DNA of 64,000 nucleotides from Lepidodermella squamata. Its lineage: Eukaryota; Animalia; Gastrotricha. Position numbers and translations under genes: made by a program. The stretch lies in the NCBI GenBank assembly GCA_047495785.1, contig JBLDXI010000007.1, positions 1,054,001 to 1,118,000 on the forward strand, read 5' to 3'. This document shows, in pieces, positions 21,799 through 34,475 of this stretch (its first letter is position 1; every line of letters starts with the position of its first letter). Under the pieces are notes generated by a model, which searched no databases, was not told where the DNA came from, and saw only the letters and a program-made list of their open reading frames with translations.

Positions 21799-23103
21799 AT
21801 GAATGAATCAGTCGACCAGGATTATAATTGCTTCGCCGTTTACTCAAGCTCATCGGCTATAAATCAATCATGGATTTGCCCGAAAGAGTACGCCGGAACA
21901 ATCGACGAGTGCCTGTTCCTTTACCTACAACAATTCGGCCGCGTAGCAGGGCGATGCGACCTTTTCGAGGCTAGCCTTTCAATATTGTTCTGCATCCTCG
22001 TCTACCCATGCAATTTTATTGCACTTCGAAATTTTCGAGCGAAAAAAGTTCGGCCAGAATTTATGTTACTTTGCTCAGCCTTGGCTCTCAGCAATTGCCT
22101 CCACGCGACTGTTGCGATATTTGGATCTCTTCACAGGTATAATTCTCAAAAATTAGAGAAAAAATTGATTAAAATTTCAAAATTAGGTTTTCAAATTACG
22201 GTACGAAATACGCTTGTATTATGATAGTAATAATCGGGACATCAATCAAAAATTCATCCTTCTACATATTCGCGCTAAGAAGCATCGAGCGAAATTTGTG
22301 TTTAAAAAGTCTTCAATTCACGCCGAAATCTCGTCAAAATTCGTCGAATTCTCTCAGCGTCAATTCAAGGTCCAATCGATATCGTGGTCTAGTGATTTCT
22401 CTATGCCTAGTGTTTGCCATGTCGACTTCAGCAATATGCCTTCAAATGTTCAGTTACGGAGCTTTGAGGTCGATTTCAGTGGAACTACCTGGTTATGATC
22501 AACCGGTCGATGTTTGTGTTTCAATCACCTCGCTGCAATTTTTCAGCGGAACTGCGATGAGCATTGCTTATGGCAGTTTTACCCTAGGATTCCCGATTAT
22601 TCTCACAATTTTCAATTACTGGTGAGATTTAGGATAATTTAACAAAAAATTCGATAATTTTTCTGATTTTTCAAAGTTCCGTATGGGTTCAAGTTCGACA
22701 CTAGGATTCCCGATTATTCTCACAATTTTCAATTACTGGTGAGATTTAGGATAATTTAACAAAAAATTCGATAATTTTTCTGATTTTTCAAAGTTCCGTA
22801 TGGGTTCAAGTTCGACACTTGCATTCAATGATGGAAAGCGCCCCGAATTCTCCGATGGCTCTGAAAATAGAAAAACGCGAGACGAGATTGGCGACTTTGA
22901 TGACAATTTCTGTCGCTGAATTCATCATTTGCCTACTGCCGCTAATAGCATCAGTGGCGACAATCGAACGTGATGCAGAGACTAAGCAGTATCGAGCTCA
23001 GTCGAGCCTGATAGTCTACGCTTGTTTGATACAAACGATTGAATCTGCGTTGAACCCATTCTGGCCGAGTCTTGTCCTAGCTCGGCGGTCAAGGAGACCT
23101 TGA
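21799..23103 (+). CDS. Orphan class A-like GPCR G1 (3 exons, with an internal 117-bp duplication)
   Basis: Exons 21799-22136, 22187-22621, 22794-23103. TM3 ALRSIERN, TM7 ESALNPFW. Confidence 0.8.
22584..22817 (+). repeat. Perfect 2 x 117-bp tandem duplication spanning intron 2 of G1
   Basis: CTAGGATTCCC...GTTCGACA occurs at 22584-22700 and again at 22701-22817. Confidence 0.95.
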
Positions 23104-24539
23104 AAAGCAACTGTTATTTGGCAAATGAATTTAATCCATTCGGTCTATAAATATCAAAGTCCAGACTTTGCTAATCCATGCAGCTATCAGCGAGACTGAC
23201 CGTTGCTGCTAATACCGGGTATTAACTGCTTCAGACTTCGATGAAAACGAGAACTTTGGGTTTAACCTAATTCCTAATGTTATCGATTTTATCATATCAA
23301 TCTGAATTTATTTTGAGAATGCGCAAACAGTAAAATTGAATTTGGAAAAAAATCAGGTCTCAGAACTAAGGGATATTTCGTCGTATCCCACGATTGAAAA
23401 TTATTTCAGCTAGAAATATTGGATACGCGGCATCCAGGTGATTTCAGACCGAAAAATAGATAACCTAGCCAACTTCAGACTCAAGTGGCATGAATATGTG
23501 ATCTCAATTTCTCCAGTTTTTTGAGATTTTATCAACTAATTTCGTTGTTTTCAGCCACAAGTTGATTTATCGATTGGAAATTGACTGAGCAGCCTGTTTC
23601 AATATTATCGTAATAGCAATTGGCAATAGCAATGAGAATCCACTTTGCATTTTTCTTCCGCATCAAGTCACGGCAGGGTTCAAATTTTGTTATGTTATAT
23701 TTAAAGTTATCGGAATTTTAAACAGCGGAATGATCACAATGTGCTCTCTGTTGTTTAGTATTAAAATTAAAATTCACTACAGACATATTATTCCATTAGT
23801 GAGGAATTTTTTCGAATTTTACACATTATTTCCCATGCATTTATACGTTAAATTCCCAATTTTCCGAGCAAATTTTTAACGAATGAATGAAATATCGTTC
23901 TCTAAGATTTTACCTATGTTTTAATTTAATCGGACTGAATTTTCAAAATATCCCGCAAGTTCGAGCCTTGTATTAGCCTATCGTCGGAGGCCATTAAAAG
24001 TAGGTAGGTATGAGTTCGTGATAATGATGATGGGGATGACTTGATTAGCTTGAAGGTGTCTCTTATCGCAAACTGCATAGCAATATATTCTAAAGCTGAT
24101 TTTCACGCGCAAGTGATGATGGCGATGTAGGAGCGTCTTAGTCGAAGCCTGCTGATTTCCATAGACTCAGAAAATATAAAAATTGTCATCGTGCGGCTCT
24201 TATTACCCGCGAGTCTGAGTCAGAAAAAACAGCCGGAAAAGCGCGTAGTATAGGGTATTAGGCCACCGAAAACCGCGTAGATCACGACTTCCTAAACATA
24301 AAAAATTGATATGAGGCTCGGCGCTGTTCACGCATGAATGGAAAATAGCATTTTCAAGCCAAATCGCGCATTTAGAAACCTTTTAGAAACTAAGAATTCG
24401 CGGGCGCCGCAACATCAAAATTATTTATTAGATTGAAGCTTTTTTGCCAACAACAGAACTTTTTCAGTTTTTTAACTCTGAAAAATCAAGGGACTCTGTC
24501 CTGAATTAAGACCTTAGCAACTCGTCTATAGCTTTTTCA

Positions 24540-26622
24540 ATGGGCCACTGCTTCGAACTATCAGCCGAAGAGTCAGCAGTGAATAAATCTTGGATCTGCC
24601 CGCCTGAATTCGAGGATTCAGACCACCCATGCGTCTTCCTCTACCTCCATCAACTCAACCGGAGCAGCAACTATTGCGGATACATAGAAGCAGCTATGGT
24701 CATTTTTGTTTGCCTCCTGAATTATCCTTGCAATATACTGGCGCTGAGAAATTTCAGCCGGCGGAAAGTCAGTGAGGATTTCATGCTTCTGGCGAGATCT
24801 CTCGTGTGCTGCAATATGCTATACGGAACATTTGGAATCATTTGTGGCTTTCAAAGGTGAATAACTAAAAATATTGAAAAAAATCTGGAATTTTCTGAAA
24901 TATAGTAATGATAAATTGTGAGACATTTGCTTCCTCCCACCGATTTTACCTCCATTGAAAAGATTCTCAGAATTATTAAAATATTTTCAAAAATTTAAAT
25001 TTTGAAGGAAGTTTAAATATAAAGAAATTTTACTGATTTTAAATAATAACAAAAAAGTGAAATAAATTGCGAAAAGCTTTCGCCAAATGAAATGGAACTA
25101 TAGCCGATGAGCTCTTCAATTTAGAGACATTTTTTACCCCATATTTGAAAAATAATTAAAAAATGAAATTAATGCTAGAAAAGTTAGAGCTAATCAATTG
25201 TAATGAAGCCTTTTAATTTTATAATCTATATTTTTCAGAATCGAATGGCTGACCCACAGCAATTTTATTACATGCGAAGCGGCTATTGTTTTCGCAAGCT
25301 CAATAATGGCGACGTCGTTCTACGTATTCGCCTTCATCAGCATCCAGCGAAATTTAAGCGTCCGACTCGACAGCAAGTGCGAATCCAGACGATATTGGAC
25401 TTTCCTCATTGGCGTCTTCACGGCTTTCATAGTCATTACATCAGCATATTCCATTCAATTGCTAGGCTATGGAGCTGTTCAATCCTTTGAGGTGGACGTC
25501 AATCCAGCAATAGGTCCTGTCAGTGTTTGCGTATCTGTACCATCTCGGGAGGTTTTCAAAGGTCTAGCTTTCAGCACTGGTTTCGCTACGCTGACCCTGT
25601 TTCTTCCTCTAGGCATCACGGTTGCCAATTATATGTAAGTCTTTGATCATCATGATTACACTGGCGAAACCTGAATCTTTACAGATCTTTGTGGCGTTAT
25701 GTCAGACAAGTGACTAACGGCTTATTTTCGAAAGAAATGAAAGCTGAAGCCATTAGCAATCGAATCCGGAAGCGTGAAAAGTGGCTTGCCGCTCTAATGA
25801 CGATCTCGGTTGTCGAGTTTGTCCTAGCCTTATTGCCAATGATCGTGACTTTCTCCCTAGTGCTAAGGTGACCTCGCGGCCTGGCGATACTTTCTGGAAT
25901 TATCGCTCATAATGTTGAGTTTGAGGCGTAGGCATTGCTCAGGTAAATCCCACAAGGAACTTGGAAATGATCAAAGTATTAATTTTCAATGATAAGGAAA
26001 AAGGAATTGTTGAGCTCACAGGTAATTGAAGACGACTATCAGTAAGGGTAGAACTAAGAAAATCAATCCAAAAGTCGCGCCAAAGAGGAATCCATTGAAA
26101 TACTGCCGGCTTTGCAGGTTGACGCAAGCATAAATAGGACGTTCTCCGTCGCGGACTCCAGAAATGTGAACAGCCAGGGTCTGTGTTGATCCATTCAATG
26201 TCAGCTGGGAAATGTAGATTGCAGTAACCGAGCTAATAACGAAGGCTAGAGCTGCAACCACCACCCAGAATCTTTCCGAGTAGCCCATTAAAAAGCAAGT
26301 TTGTGGAGGTGATCGATATCGAACACTGATGTTGCGTTCGATGCTGATAAGCCCGAAAATGTAGAAAGAACAAGTGCAGAAGATTCCACTGGAAGGTAAA
26401 ACTATTTCAAAAAATCAGGAAATTATCATCCCAGTTCGAAAAAAATCGCTGCAGTGAATCACGAAGCTGCGACACGAGGATTCAGTCGAGTGTGATGGCT
26501 TACATCACATTATTTCTCACCCAGAAGTATAGATAAATCTAGATTCACTATGGTCAATTGTTCTCAAGGTATGGCATCCTCTTAAAAAGTGGATCAAGAG
26601 TTGCATCACTTCAAAATCATGA
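24540..26622 (+). pseudogene. GPCR G2, exon 3 interrupted by an inverted fragment of G4
   Basis: Exons 1-2 intact (AFISIQRN). Exon 3 breaks at about 25861 and resumes near 26447 (IAAVNHEAAT / RIQSSVMAYITLFLT / SLWSIVLK) with further lesions. Confidence 0.7.
25862..26408 (-). repeat. Inverted partial copy of GPCR G4 (29571-30106)
   Basis: The same 90-aa ORF (MGYSERFWVV...) appears at 26016-26288(-) and 29691-29963(+). G4 intron 2 is included. Confidence 0.95.
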
Positions 26623-27200
26623 TCAATTTCGTGGTGCCACCCATCCTATTAGTCTCGATTAGTTATTGTGACACGTGTTCCTTTGATAATTGGTAGTTGA
26701 TTAATTGGCTACTGAGAAAGTTGCAGGATGACTTAACGTCTAATAGGACATGTCTGAGCATGAAATACTCCTAACAAAGATTCCGTTTACACCTGGCAAG
26801 ATTAATGTAATATCCGGACGTGGTCCCAGTTAGGAATTTATCCATTCCCGCCTTTGCAAATGCAGTGACAATGTCAGTCCCGCGTCCACCTAGTGTGATC
26901 TGCCTACGGACTACTTGATGAGTAAACGCGTCTAGCAATCAGTCGTGCCAGGATGATTAGGGCTAACTAACGCTTGACTGATTTCGCATCACCTGGCATT
27001 AGCGGCGATTTCGGAGGATATGCGCATATCTCTAACCGGAACCGGAAATTGAACTGACCTAAATATCACAAATCCCAATCAATGACGGCAGACATCATCA
27101 TTATCGTAATTATCATATAAACACGGCACTGTATATATTGAGGACCATTTTGGCGATTGGTAATAATCCTAATCAACACATAAAAGCAAACGTTTAAGCT

Positions 27201-28487
27201 ATGGAATCCTGCATGAACTTCGAAGCTGATGAAACCGCTATCAATCAGTCGTGGGTCTGCCGTCGGAAATGAATGGGACATTCGATGAATGTGTCTTTCT
27301 TTACGAACAACAATTTAACCGACCTAACCCAAGCTGTGGATACATCGAAGCAGCAATAATCATTGTTATCAGTATTTGCGTGTTTCCCTGCAACGTCATA
27401 GCTGTTCGAAATTTCCAGAAAAGAAAGGTATCGCCCGAATTCATGCTTCTCATCACCGCGTTAGCTGGCAGTAATATGGGATATGCGATTATCGGCATTT
27501 TTCGAGGGATTTACAGGTAAGTCATTGCTAATTGATTCCACCACTCAAGTGCACGGAATATTTAATAGGGCAACTGATTGGTTGGATGCATTTGCTTGCG
27601 ACATTGTCATGCCACTTAGCGGAACTACCTGTACAATCTCCTTTTACATCTTCGCCCTAATCAGCATTGAGCGTAACTTGAGTGTTAGATCGGCGACAGC
27701 TTTCAAACCAGCTCAGTTGGTTATCAAACTCCAGTCCAACTTCCGACTTAGAGGCCAATCACCTCGTTACTGGTGGCTAGCCCGGGTCATTGGTCGTAAT
27801 CATCACCTTAGTAACGACCATCTACTTTACTCAAATGGTCACAAATGGATCAGTGCAAACAATGCCAGTTCTGATTTCGGGTGTTAAGGCTGGAACTGAG
27901 CCGATTAAAGTTTGCGTGGCCCTTCAAGCCCAACAGTACTTCACCGGGGCCGTTTCTGGAGTTGTTTTCAGCTTGTTTGTCCTGATAGTACCTCTAGTGG
28001 TAACAGTCACTAATTATTGGTAAATATCTGCCTAGAGGAATCCATTTTGATAACGTTCTTCTGTTACAGCAACTTATGGCTTTACGTGCGAAACATGCAT
28101 TCAAGTTCATCTTTGATTGCTGACTCTGGTTACACCTGTGAGAGCCATCTCAAGAAGCAGAGACAACGCGAGATGATCTTAGCTATCCTCATGATATGCT
28201 CCGTCGCTCAGTTTGTCGTCAGCATAACTCCGATGACAATAGCTGTTGGGCTGATTCACGAGGACGGCATTTCAGGACGGCGGCGCTATCAGTCCTCGCT
28301 CATGTTCTACGCGACGCTTTTTGAAAGCATCGATTCGGCGCTGAATCCGTTTTGGTCGAGCTTTGTGCGTCTGCGGCCGGCAAATAAGGACTTTTCTGTG
28401 AAATACGGCGGTACAAGTTCGGATTCTGGATCAAAAGCTAGAACTATAGGTGTGAATACGACGAAGGTTTCAGAGATTTCGCACTGA
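27201..28487 (+). pseudogene. GPCR G3 with two single-base frameshifts (pseudogene or consensus error)
   Basis: MESCMNFEADETAINQSWVC then one C missing near 27261; one extra C near 27782. Otherwise a full 3-exon structure with ALISIERN and DSALNPFW. Confidence 0.75.
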
Positions 28488-29142
28488 TTGAGCATGAAGT
28501 TGACAAATTGCCCTATTTTCCAATTTTGATGTTGATGGCTTCGAATAATAAGGATCGAAGATAATTACGGTGCAGATTTCATGTTTAGTGGCTGAAAACA
28601 CACCATTTATAGAAACGTTTACATGGTAACCTGGTCAAAGTAAATCAGGAGGCAGGGTTCGTTTGTATTCATCTAATCAAATCAAATCACCAGTCGACAT
28701 GTTTTTTTCAACTTGTCACATGCTATCGCGTGTTCGATAGAAGAAATCACTCTGACTAATATCTTGGCTAATGTGAGATGTCCTGTTTGTAATTGGGACA
28801 AACAGTTGTCGCCTAAATTGAATAAAAATCAGTTGTCGACCTCTTAAATGCAAAACGGAAGTGACTCGGGCACTGAAACTAGATGACCTTTATTTTCAGC
28901 AGTTGTAGCATTTTCTGCGAAAAATTAGTGGAGATTAGTCTTACTAAAGTTACTCCTTCCTCAAACCGCCTGTTAACAGAACTCAAGGTCCTCTAGTGGG
29001 AAATTCGAACAATGTTTTTGTCACAAAATGACAGCTTCCCATCACAAGAATGTGTCTAGACCCCGAGGAAAAGGTAATATGCCCATCAACATTATGTAAT
29101 TATTTGTAGACATTAGAATCAGAAACACTACTTTAACATCTT

Positions 29143-30428
29143 ATGGAATCTTGTTTCTCGTTTCGAGCTGAGGAAAGTGCTGTGAATGAGTCTTGGGTTT
29201 GCCCTCCAGAATTCGCTGGCACTATAGACGAGTGCTTATTCCTGTACGCTCAGCAGTTCAATCGAAAAACAGCCTCGTGCGGATATTTGGAAGCTGGCCT
29301 TCTCATCGCCATCAGCTTATGCATTTTCCCAGCTAATATCATAGCGATTAAAAATTTCAGTAAGCGAAAAGTCAGCCCGGAATTCATGCTTCTTATCACA
29401 GCCCTGGCAATAACCAACATGGGATATGGAGTCAACGGAATCTTCCGAGGGATATACAGGTATGGGTGAAACAATTTCAATAAAATAAAATTCGAATTTG
29501 GAATTGTGATAGTTTTATATGAACTCTTCATTATTTCAGGGCGACTGAATGGCTGGACGCTTTTGCTTGCGAAATAGTTTTACCTTCCAGTGGAATCTTC
29601 TGCACTTGTTCTTTCTACATTTTCGGGCTTATCAGCATCGAACGCAACATCAGTGTTCGATATCGATCACCTCCACAAACTTGCTTTTTAATGGGCTACT
29701 CGGAAAGATTCTGGGTGGTGGTTGCAGCTCTAGCCTTCGTTATTAGCTCGGTTACTGCAATCTACATTTCCCAGCTGACATTGAATGGATCAACACAGAC
29801 CCTGGCTGTTCACATTTCTGGAGTCCGCGACGGAGAACGTCCTATTTATGCTTGCGTCAACCTGCAAAGCCGGCAGTATTTCAATGGATTCCTCTTTGGC
29901 GCGACTTTTGGATTGATTTTCTTAGTTCTACCCTTACTGATAGTCGTCTTCAATTACCTGTGAGCTCAACATTACTTTTTTATAATTGAAAATTAATATT
30001 TGACATTTCCAAGTTCCTTGTGGATTTACCTGCGCAAGCTACGCTCAAACTCAACATTACTGAGCGATAATTCCAGAAAGTATCGCAGGCGCGAGGTCAC
30101 CTTAGCCACGCTTATGGCTATATCTGTTGCTCAATTCATCATCTGCATCACACCTGTCACACTTGCAGTGGGTGTAATCAACGGAGAAATCGAGTCTGGA
30201 ATACAACGCTATCACTCTTCATTGATAGCTTATACGGCTCTTTTCGCGAGCATTGACTCAGTGCTAAACCCATTCTGGTCGAGTTTCGTGAGACTCAAGG
30301 CTAACGCGAATATCCCGAGATCTGTTGAGCTCAGCAGCAAGAAAGCAGCTAGTGATTCATCACCTTTTCCGAAGTCACTCAGTCAGAGATTTTTAGATAA
30401 TGATTCGCAGAAATTTGGCGAACTTTAA
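29143..30428 (+). CDS. Orphan class A-like GPCR G4 (intact, 3 exons)
   Basis: In-phase splicing 29459/29540 and at about 29959/30014. GLISIERN, DSVLNPFW. Confidence 0.85.
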
Positions 30429-31023
30429 TGAGACAAGATCGATTATTGGGAAATAAACTCCTACGTGGCTGTCCGTGTGTCCGCTGTTTTGTTGAAAAGT
30501 TATTTTTACAACGCACGTGACCGCGTGGCCCATTCGATGACCTTCGATGTTTTAAATGAGGACCAACTTGTATAATGGATAAATAAGAAGAAATTCAAAT
30601 TACTGTTGTGAAGTCAGAGACCCTTCCAATTTAAATTTATTTTGCTTATTCGCCATGAATATCGTCATTTCAGAAGCAGCCATATGTTTTCTGGCATCAA
30701 CATTCTTTTCAACCTAGATTCGGGAACACGGGATCATCCCCGACAGTTCAATACGCAGTAACACATTAGTTGGTTCCGGTTAACAAGAGTCATATATTAT
30801 GTGCGGTCTTTGAACATACGTCTGATTTACTCCTAATGTATTGAGCATGAAGTGTTATTGACATCTGGATATTGCGCGGAAATTCTAAAGGTAGTATTGT
30901 GTTTCCAGAGCTTGCAGACGTCCACCACGGAAAGCGTCGACATCTCGTGAGCGTGATTGCGCAGAATTTTTAGCGGGCACGTGCATTTTTTCTTGGACAT
31001 TTCAGTCACTTTCAGTTGTTTTC

Positions 31024-33351
31024 ATGAACACATATTTTAAAATGATGTTTACGCTTATACTCTCGATTCTCCTGGTATCAGACCAGGCCGAAACAAGGAA
31101 GCCATACCGCTTGCGATCACTATACCACATCCAGTTGTCACTGAACACAGGTGATCTCAAGAACTGTCGATGGGCCTTCCAAACAGCTTACGACTTCGCG
31201 AATAACCGCTCGGATATTCTGCCCGATTACCACCTTGAATACGAGTATCGCGACGAAGGGCCTCAAAGCATGCTGGCTACGTCGGCAAGCATCAACTTCA
31301 TACGGTCCTTGTTGGACACGGCAGAGCCCGATCTATACCTAGCCCCAGTAACAAACGGTGTGACCCAAACCCCAGGCTGCAAGAGTTGGGGAAAGGTTGC
31401 TTCGCATATGAATATGGTAATGGTTACTTCGGCTTGCCTCTCGCCCAGTCAATCTAATCGACGAGACATATATCCAAACCTATGGCGCATCAGAGCTGCA
31501 TCTCAGCTAACTATAATGGCTCGGCTTAGCTTCATCAAACAATTCACCAACTGGAAGAAAACAGCTGTCGTGTTCCCGGTCACAGAGAGCTCGTTTGGAT
31601 TGGAGGCAGCTAGCTACACCCTAGCCATGAATACACAATTCGGCCTAGGGGTCCAGACGATAGAAGCGAGTTCAGACTTCAATGATGACTTGATGCAGTC
31701 GTTCATCAGAAAGGACATTCGAATCTTCTCATTTGAAAATATTGATCCATTCATTTCGATTGCTTTCCTCTGTCAGGCTTTCAAAAATGGGATAAAGGGG
31801 GATAGGTACCTGTTCCTAACATTCGTCAATGCTTACATAGATCCCAACGTTGTTCCGCCCCAACTGTACCCCAAGAACTGTAACCCTTCGATTTACAGGG
31901 AGCAGGCTGAGAGGGTGCTTTATTTTGGTGCTAATTCTCAAATTTCTGTATCTAATGACGGAATAAGCCAAGACTATTTAGGCAACACCATGTCTGAATT
32001 TGAAAAATATTTCAAATCAAATTTTCCAGTCAACATGAATATGTCCGACTATGCGCTGCGATTTTCTTGCTACGATTCCGCATTGCATTCTGTCGTCACG
32101 CTCGCGGAAGCAGAGAAGCTTTTAAACAGCCGGAACTCGACACTCAAGAACTTCAAGGATGATCCTCGAAATGTGATGCTCGCAGTTAATCAAAGTATCG
32201 GAAACCTTCGTTATAGGAATCAACAGCACGGCTTCTTCCGCTACTCTGCAAGAATGGAGATGGACTATGAAGCTCAGCTTGTCGCAACATTTTCGCCGCA
32301 GACCGGCCTTCGGGTTAGGTATGCCATATCTTTGGATAGCAATTCTTCAACGAGCAACGACACTTCGCTATTCAAAATACGGGTAATTGCGCCTTTCGCA
32401 TCAGGTTTTCTGCCTAAAGATTCTGCTTTTGAGGAATTAGTTGATGCCGGGATCCCTGTTTCAGTGTTTTGCTTCTTGGCAACAACAGCTAGTTTGTTGG
32501 TAGTTTGCCAAATCAGCGGCATTTCCTACATCCTTTCGCTCGATAAGATGAATCTCTGGAGAAATATTGATGACCTTCTCGTAACGCTGAGCTTTCTGCT
32601 CTTGGCAGGAGGTTCGATTCTTCTTGCAACTCCGACCAGAATGAGAAATAGCGCTGTTTGTGAGGCAAGTGTGTTGACCACAGCTTTGGGGCTATCCTTC
32701 CTGTACAGCTACTTGGCATTCCGTTTGAGGTTTTCTTCTAAAATCTTGCGGCAAAATCGGGCCCTAGACCGTACTGGGGAGGAAGTTTCATTCGCATCTA
32801 GAACTATTCTGTTTCTTCTTCTTAATATCGCCATAGTCGCCAGTTGGTTATTGTCCGATCCTTACCGGGCAGTGCTTGCGAAACCGGAAAATTCCAGGTC
32901 TTACATTGCCGAAACCGATACCTATGTTGAAATGTATTCCATCACCTGCTCGTCGAATCATTCCGGCAAATGGTCAGCAGTCCTTCTGGCTTTGAATCTC
33001 GCCGTACTTGGTTTAGGTGTGATCTATCTGGTGACAATTGCTGGGAATCGATACTTGCTGTATTTTCCGTTCGTGAAGCGATTAGCTGTGGCTATAGCCT
33101 TCTCTTCAACGTTATTCCTGGCCCTTGTTGCGGTAGTCTTCATGCTAGATTCGGCTAGTGGACAGAATATTGCAGTCGCTGTGGGACTGCAGATTCAATC
33201 CGGTCTAGTCGCTGCATTGCTGTACATCAAAGTTGGGATAGCAGCGGATGCAGCCGGTGAAGCCGTACCGAGACTACCGTCGACAACAACGATGAGTAGA
33301 TTTGACGCACTGAGTCAGAAGGACATCGTGAAGAGAATTTATGTTAGATAA
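31024..33351 (+). CDS. Intronless class C GPCR, GABA-B-receptor-like (Venus flytrap plus 7TM, no Cys-rich domain)
   Basis: Signal peptide, ILPDYHLEYEYRD, SPSQSNRRDIYPNLWR (cf. SPALSNR..FP.FFRT), WKK motif, seven hydrophobic helices from about aa 480 with TM3 and ECL2 cysteines. Confidence 0.85.
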   Translation: MNTYFKMMFTLILSILLVSDQAETRKPYRLRSLYHIQLSLNTGDLKNCRWAFQTAYDFANNRSDILPDYHLEYEYRDEGPQSMLATSASINFIRSLLDTAEPDLYLAPVTNGVTQTPGCKSWGKVASHMNMVMVTSACLSPSQSNRRDIYPNLWRIRAASQLTIMARLSFIKQFTNWKKTAVVFPVTESSFGLEAASYTLAMNTQFGLGVQTIEASSDFNDDLMQSFIRKDIRIFSFENIDPFISIAFLCQAFKNGIKGDRYLFLTFVNAYIDPNVVPPQLYPKNCNPSIYREQAERVLYFGANSQISVSNDGISQDYLGNTMSEFEKYFKSNFPVNMNMSDYALRFSCYDSALHSVVTLAEAEKLLNSRNSTLKNFKDDPRNVMLAVNQSIGNLRYRNQQHGFFRYSARMEMDYEAQLVATFSPQTGLRVRYAISLDSNSSTSNDTSLFKIRVIAPFASGFLPKDSAFEELVDAGIPVSVFCFLATTASLLVVCQISGISYILSLDKMNLWRNIDDLLVTLSFLLLAGGSILLATPTRMRNSAVCEASVLTTALGLSFLYSYLAFRLRFSSKILRQNRALDRTGEEVSFASRTILFLLLNIAIVASWLLSDPYRAVLAKPENSRSYIAETDTYVEMYSITCSSNHSGKWSAVLLALNLAVLGLGVIYLVTIAGNRYLLYFPFVKRLAVAIAFSSTLFLALVAVVFMLDSASGQNIAVAVGLQIQSGLVAALLYIKVGIAADAAGEAVPRLPSTTTMSRFDALSQKDIVKRIYVR

Positions 33352-34475
33352 AACTCAGGGAAAACAATCTCCAAAATGCAGAAAATTCTCTTGAATAAAA
33401 TGTATAAAAAAACGCGATATATTGAGTAGTGTAAACAAGGAGTTATCATTTTTTAACAATGGCAATATTTTCTCTTTTCTAACGAAACTCTAAACGAAAA
33501 CACTTTATAGTTGTTCGGATCTCTTCCCAGCGGCCAATGTTTCGAACATGTTTGGAGGCGTGCCATATGGCTGGTCGATTCCCCCTAAAAAGTGCTATTT
33601 GGTGAACTACTAAGCTTCCCCAAGTTCATCAATCTCTCTTTCGCACCACTTCGATATCCTCACCAGTTAAGGAATAAGGGATAATTAGTGTGCTCCGCCA
33701 AGAAATGGTCCGCTGAACTCAATGACGTGTTCCGGTCACGTGCCTGTGGAAAATGTAATCACTCACATGGGTGAACTGCGATGGCATAGAGAGTAGCCTT
33801 GACAACGGAGAATTGATCACGCGACTCGGAAGCTAACTACAAGAAAAAAAGGAATCGATGAGATTGCGATTTGCTCTGCGAATGCGAATGCGATTCGTTT
33901 CCCACGTGAGATACAAAAATAAACGAGTTTATGGGGAAAGTATAAATCATAAGGGAACCCTTGTCAATCAGGCCGTCATAATAAACAAAAATCATCGAAA
34001 AATACGCTATCGAAAATTGAATCAGTCCTAGTAAAATTGGCTTTTCTAGTACTGGATTTATATATTATCTCTACATCAGACATCATGAGGTTAGTGTTTA
34101 TCAAGGGAAAACATTTTGCGATCTCATTAAAAGGATCTCATCGATTAATCTACTACTTATAGTCTAGTCTTCCCGCAGTGAAAAACCAGACATGTACTTG
34201 ATTAATCAGAAACGGATATTAAGAAAGAGCGGTTTTGTGTCACCAACATAATCGCCGGTCACTTAATAGATTTTGTTCGAGATTTCAACCGACATTTTCA
34301 CGTAATTTAATGCGACATTTTCTCGCTAATTTCCCTCGCACTCAAGCCAACTAAAATACTCCTAATTGAGCCCAGTTTTTCGTGTAAAATTTCTTAATGT
34401 AACAAAATCGACTATTTAAAGATTATTTTATCTCATATTGCTTAAATGAACGTAATAATTTTGTAGGACTGACAA

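Noticed and set aside
29143-30428. GPCR family as opsins
   Set aside because: Position 7.43 is Ser or Thr, not the retinal-binding Lys.
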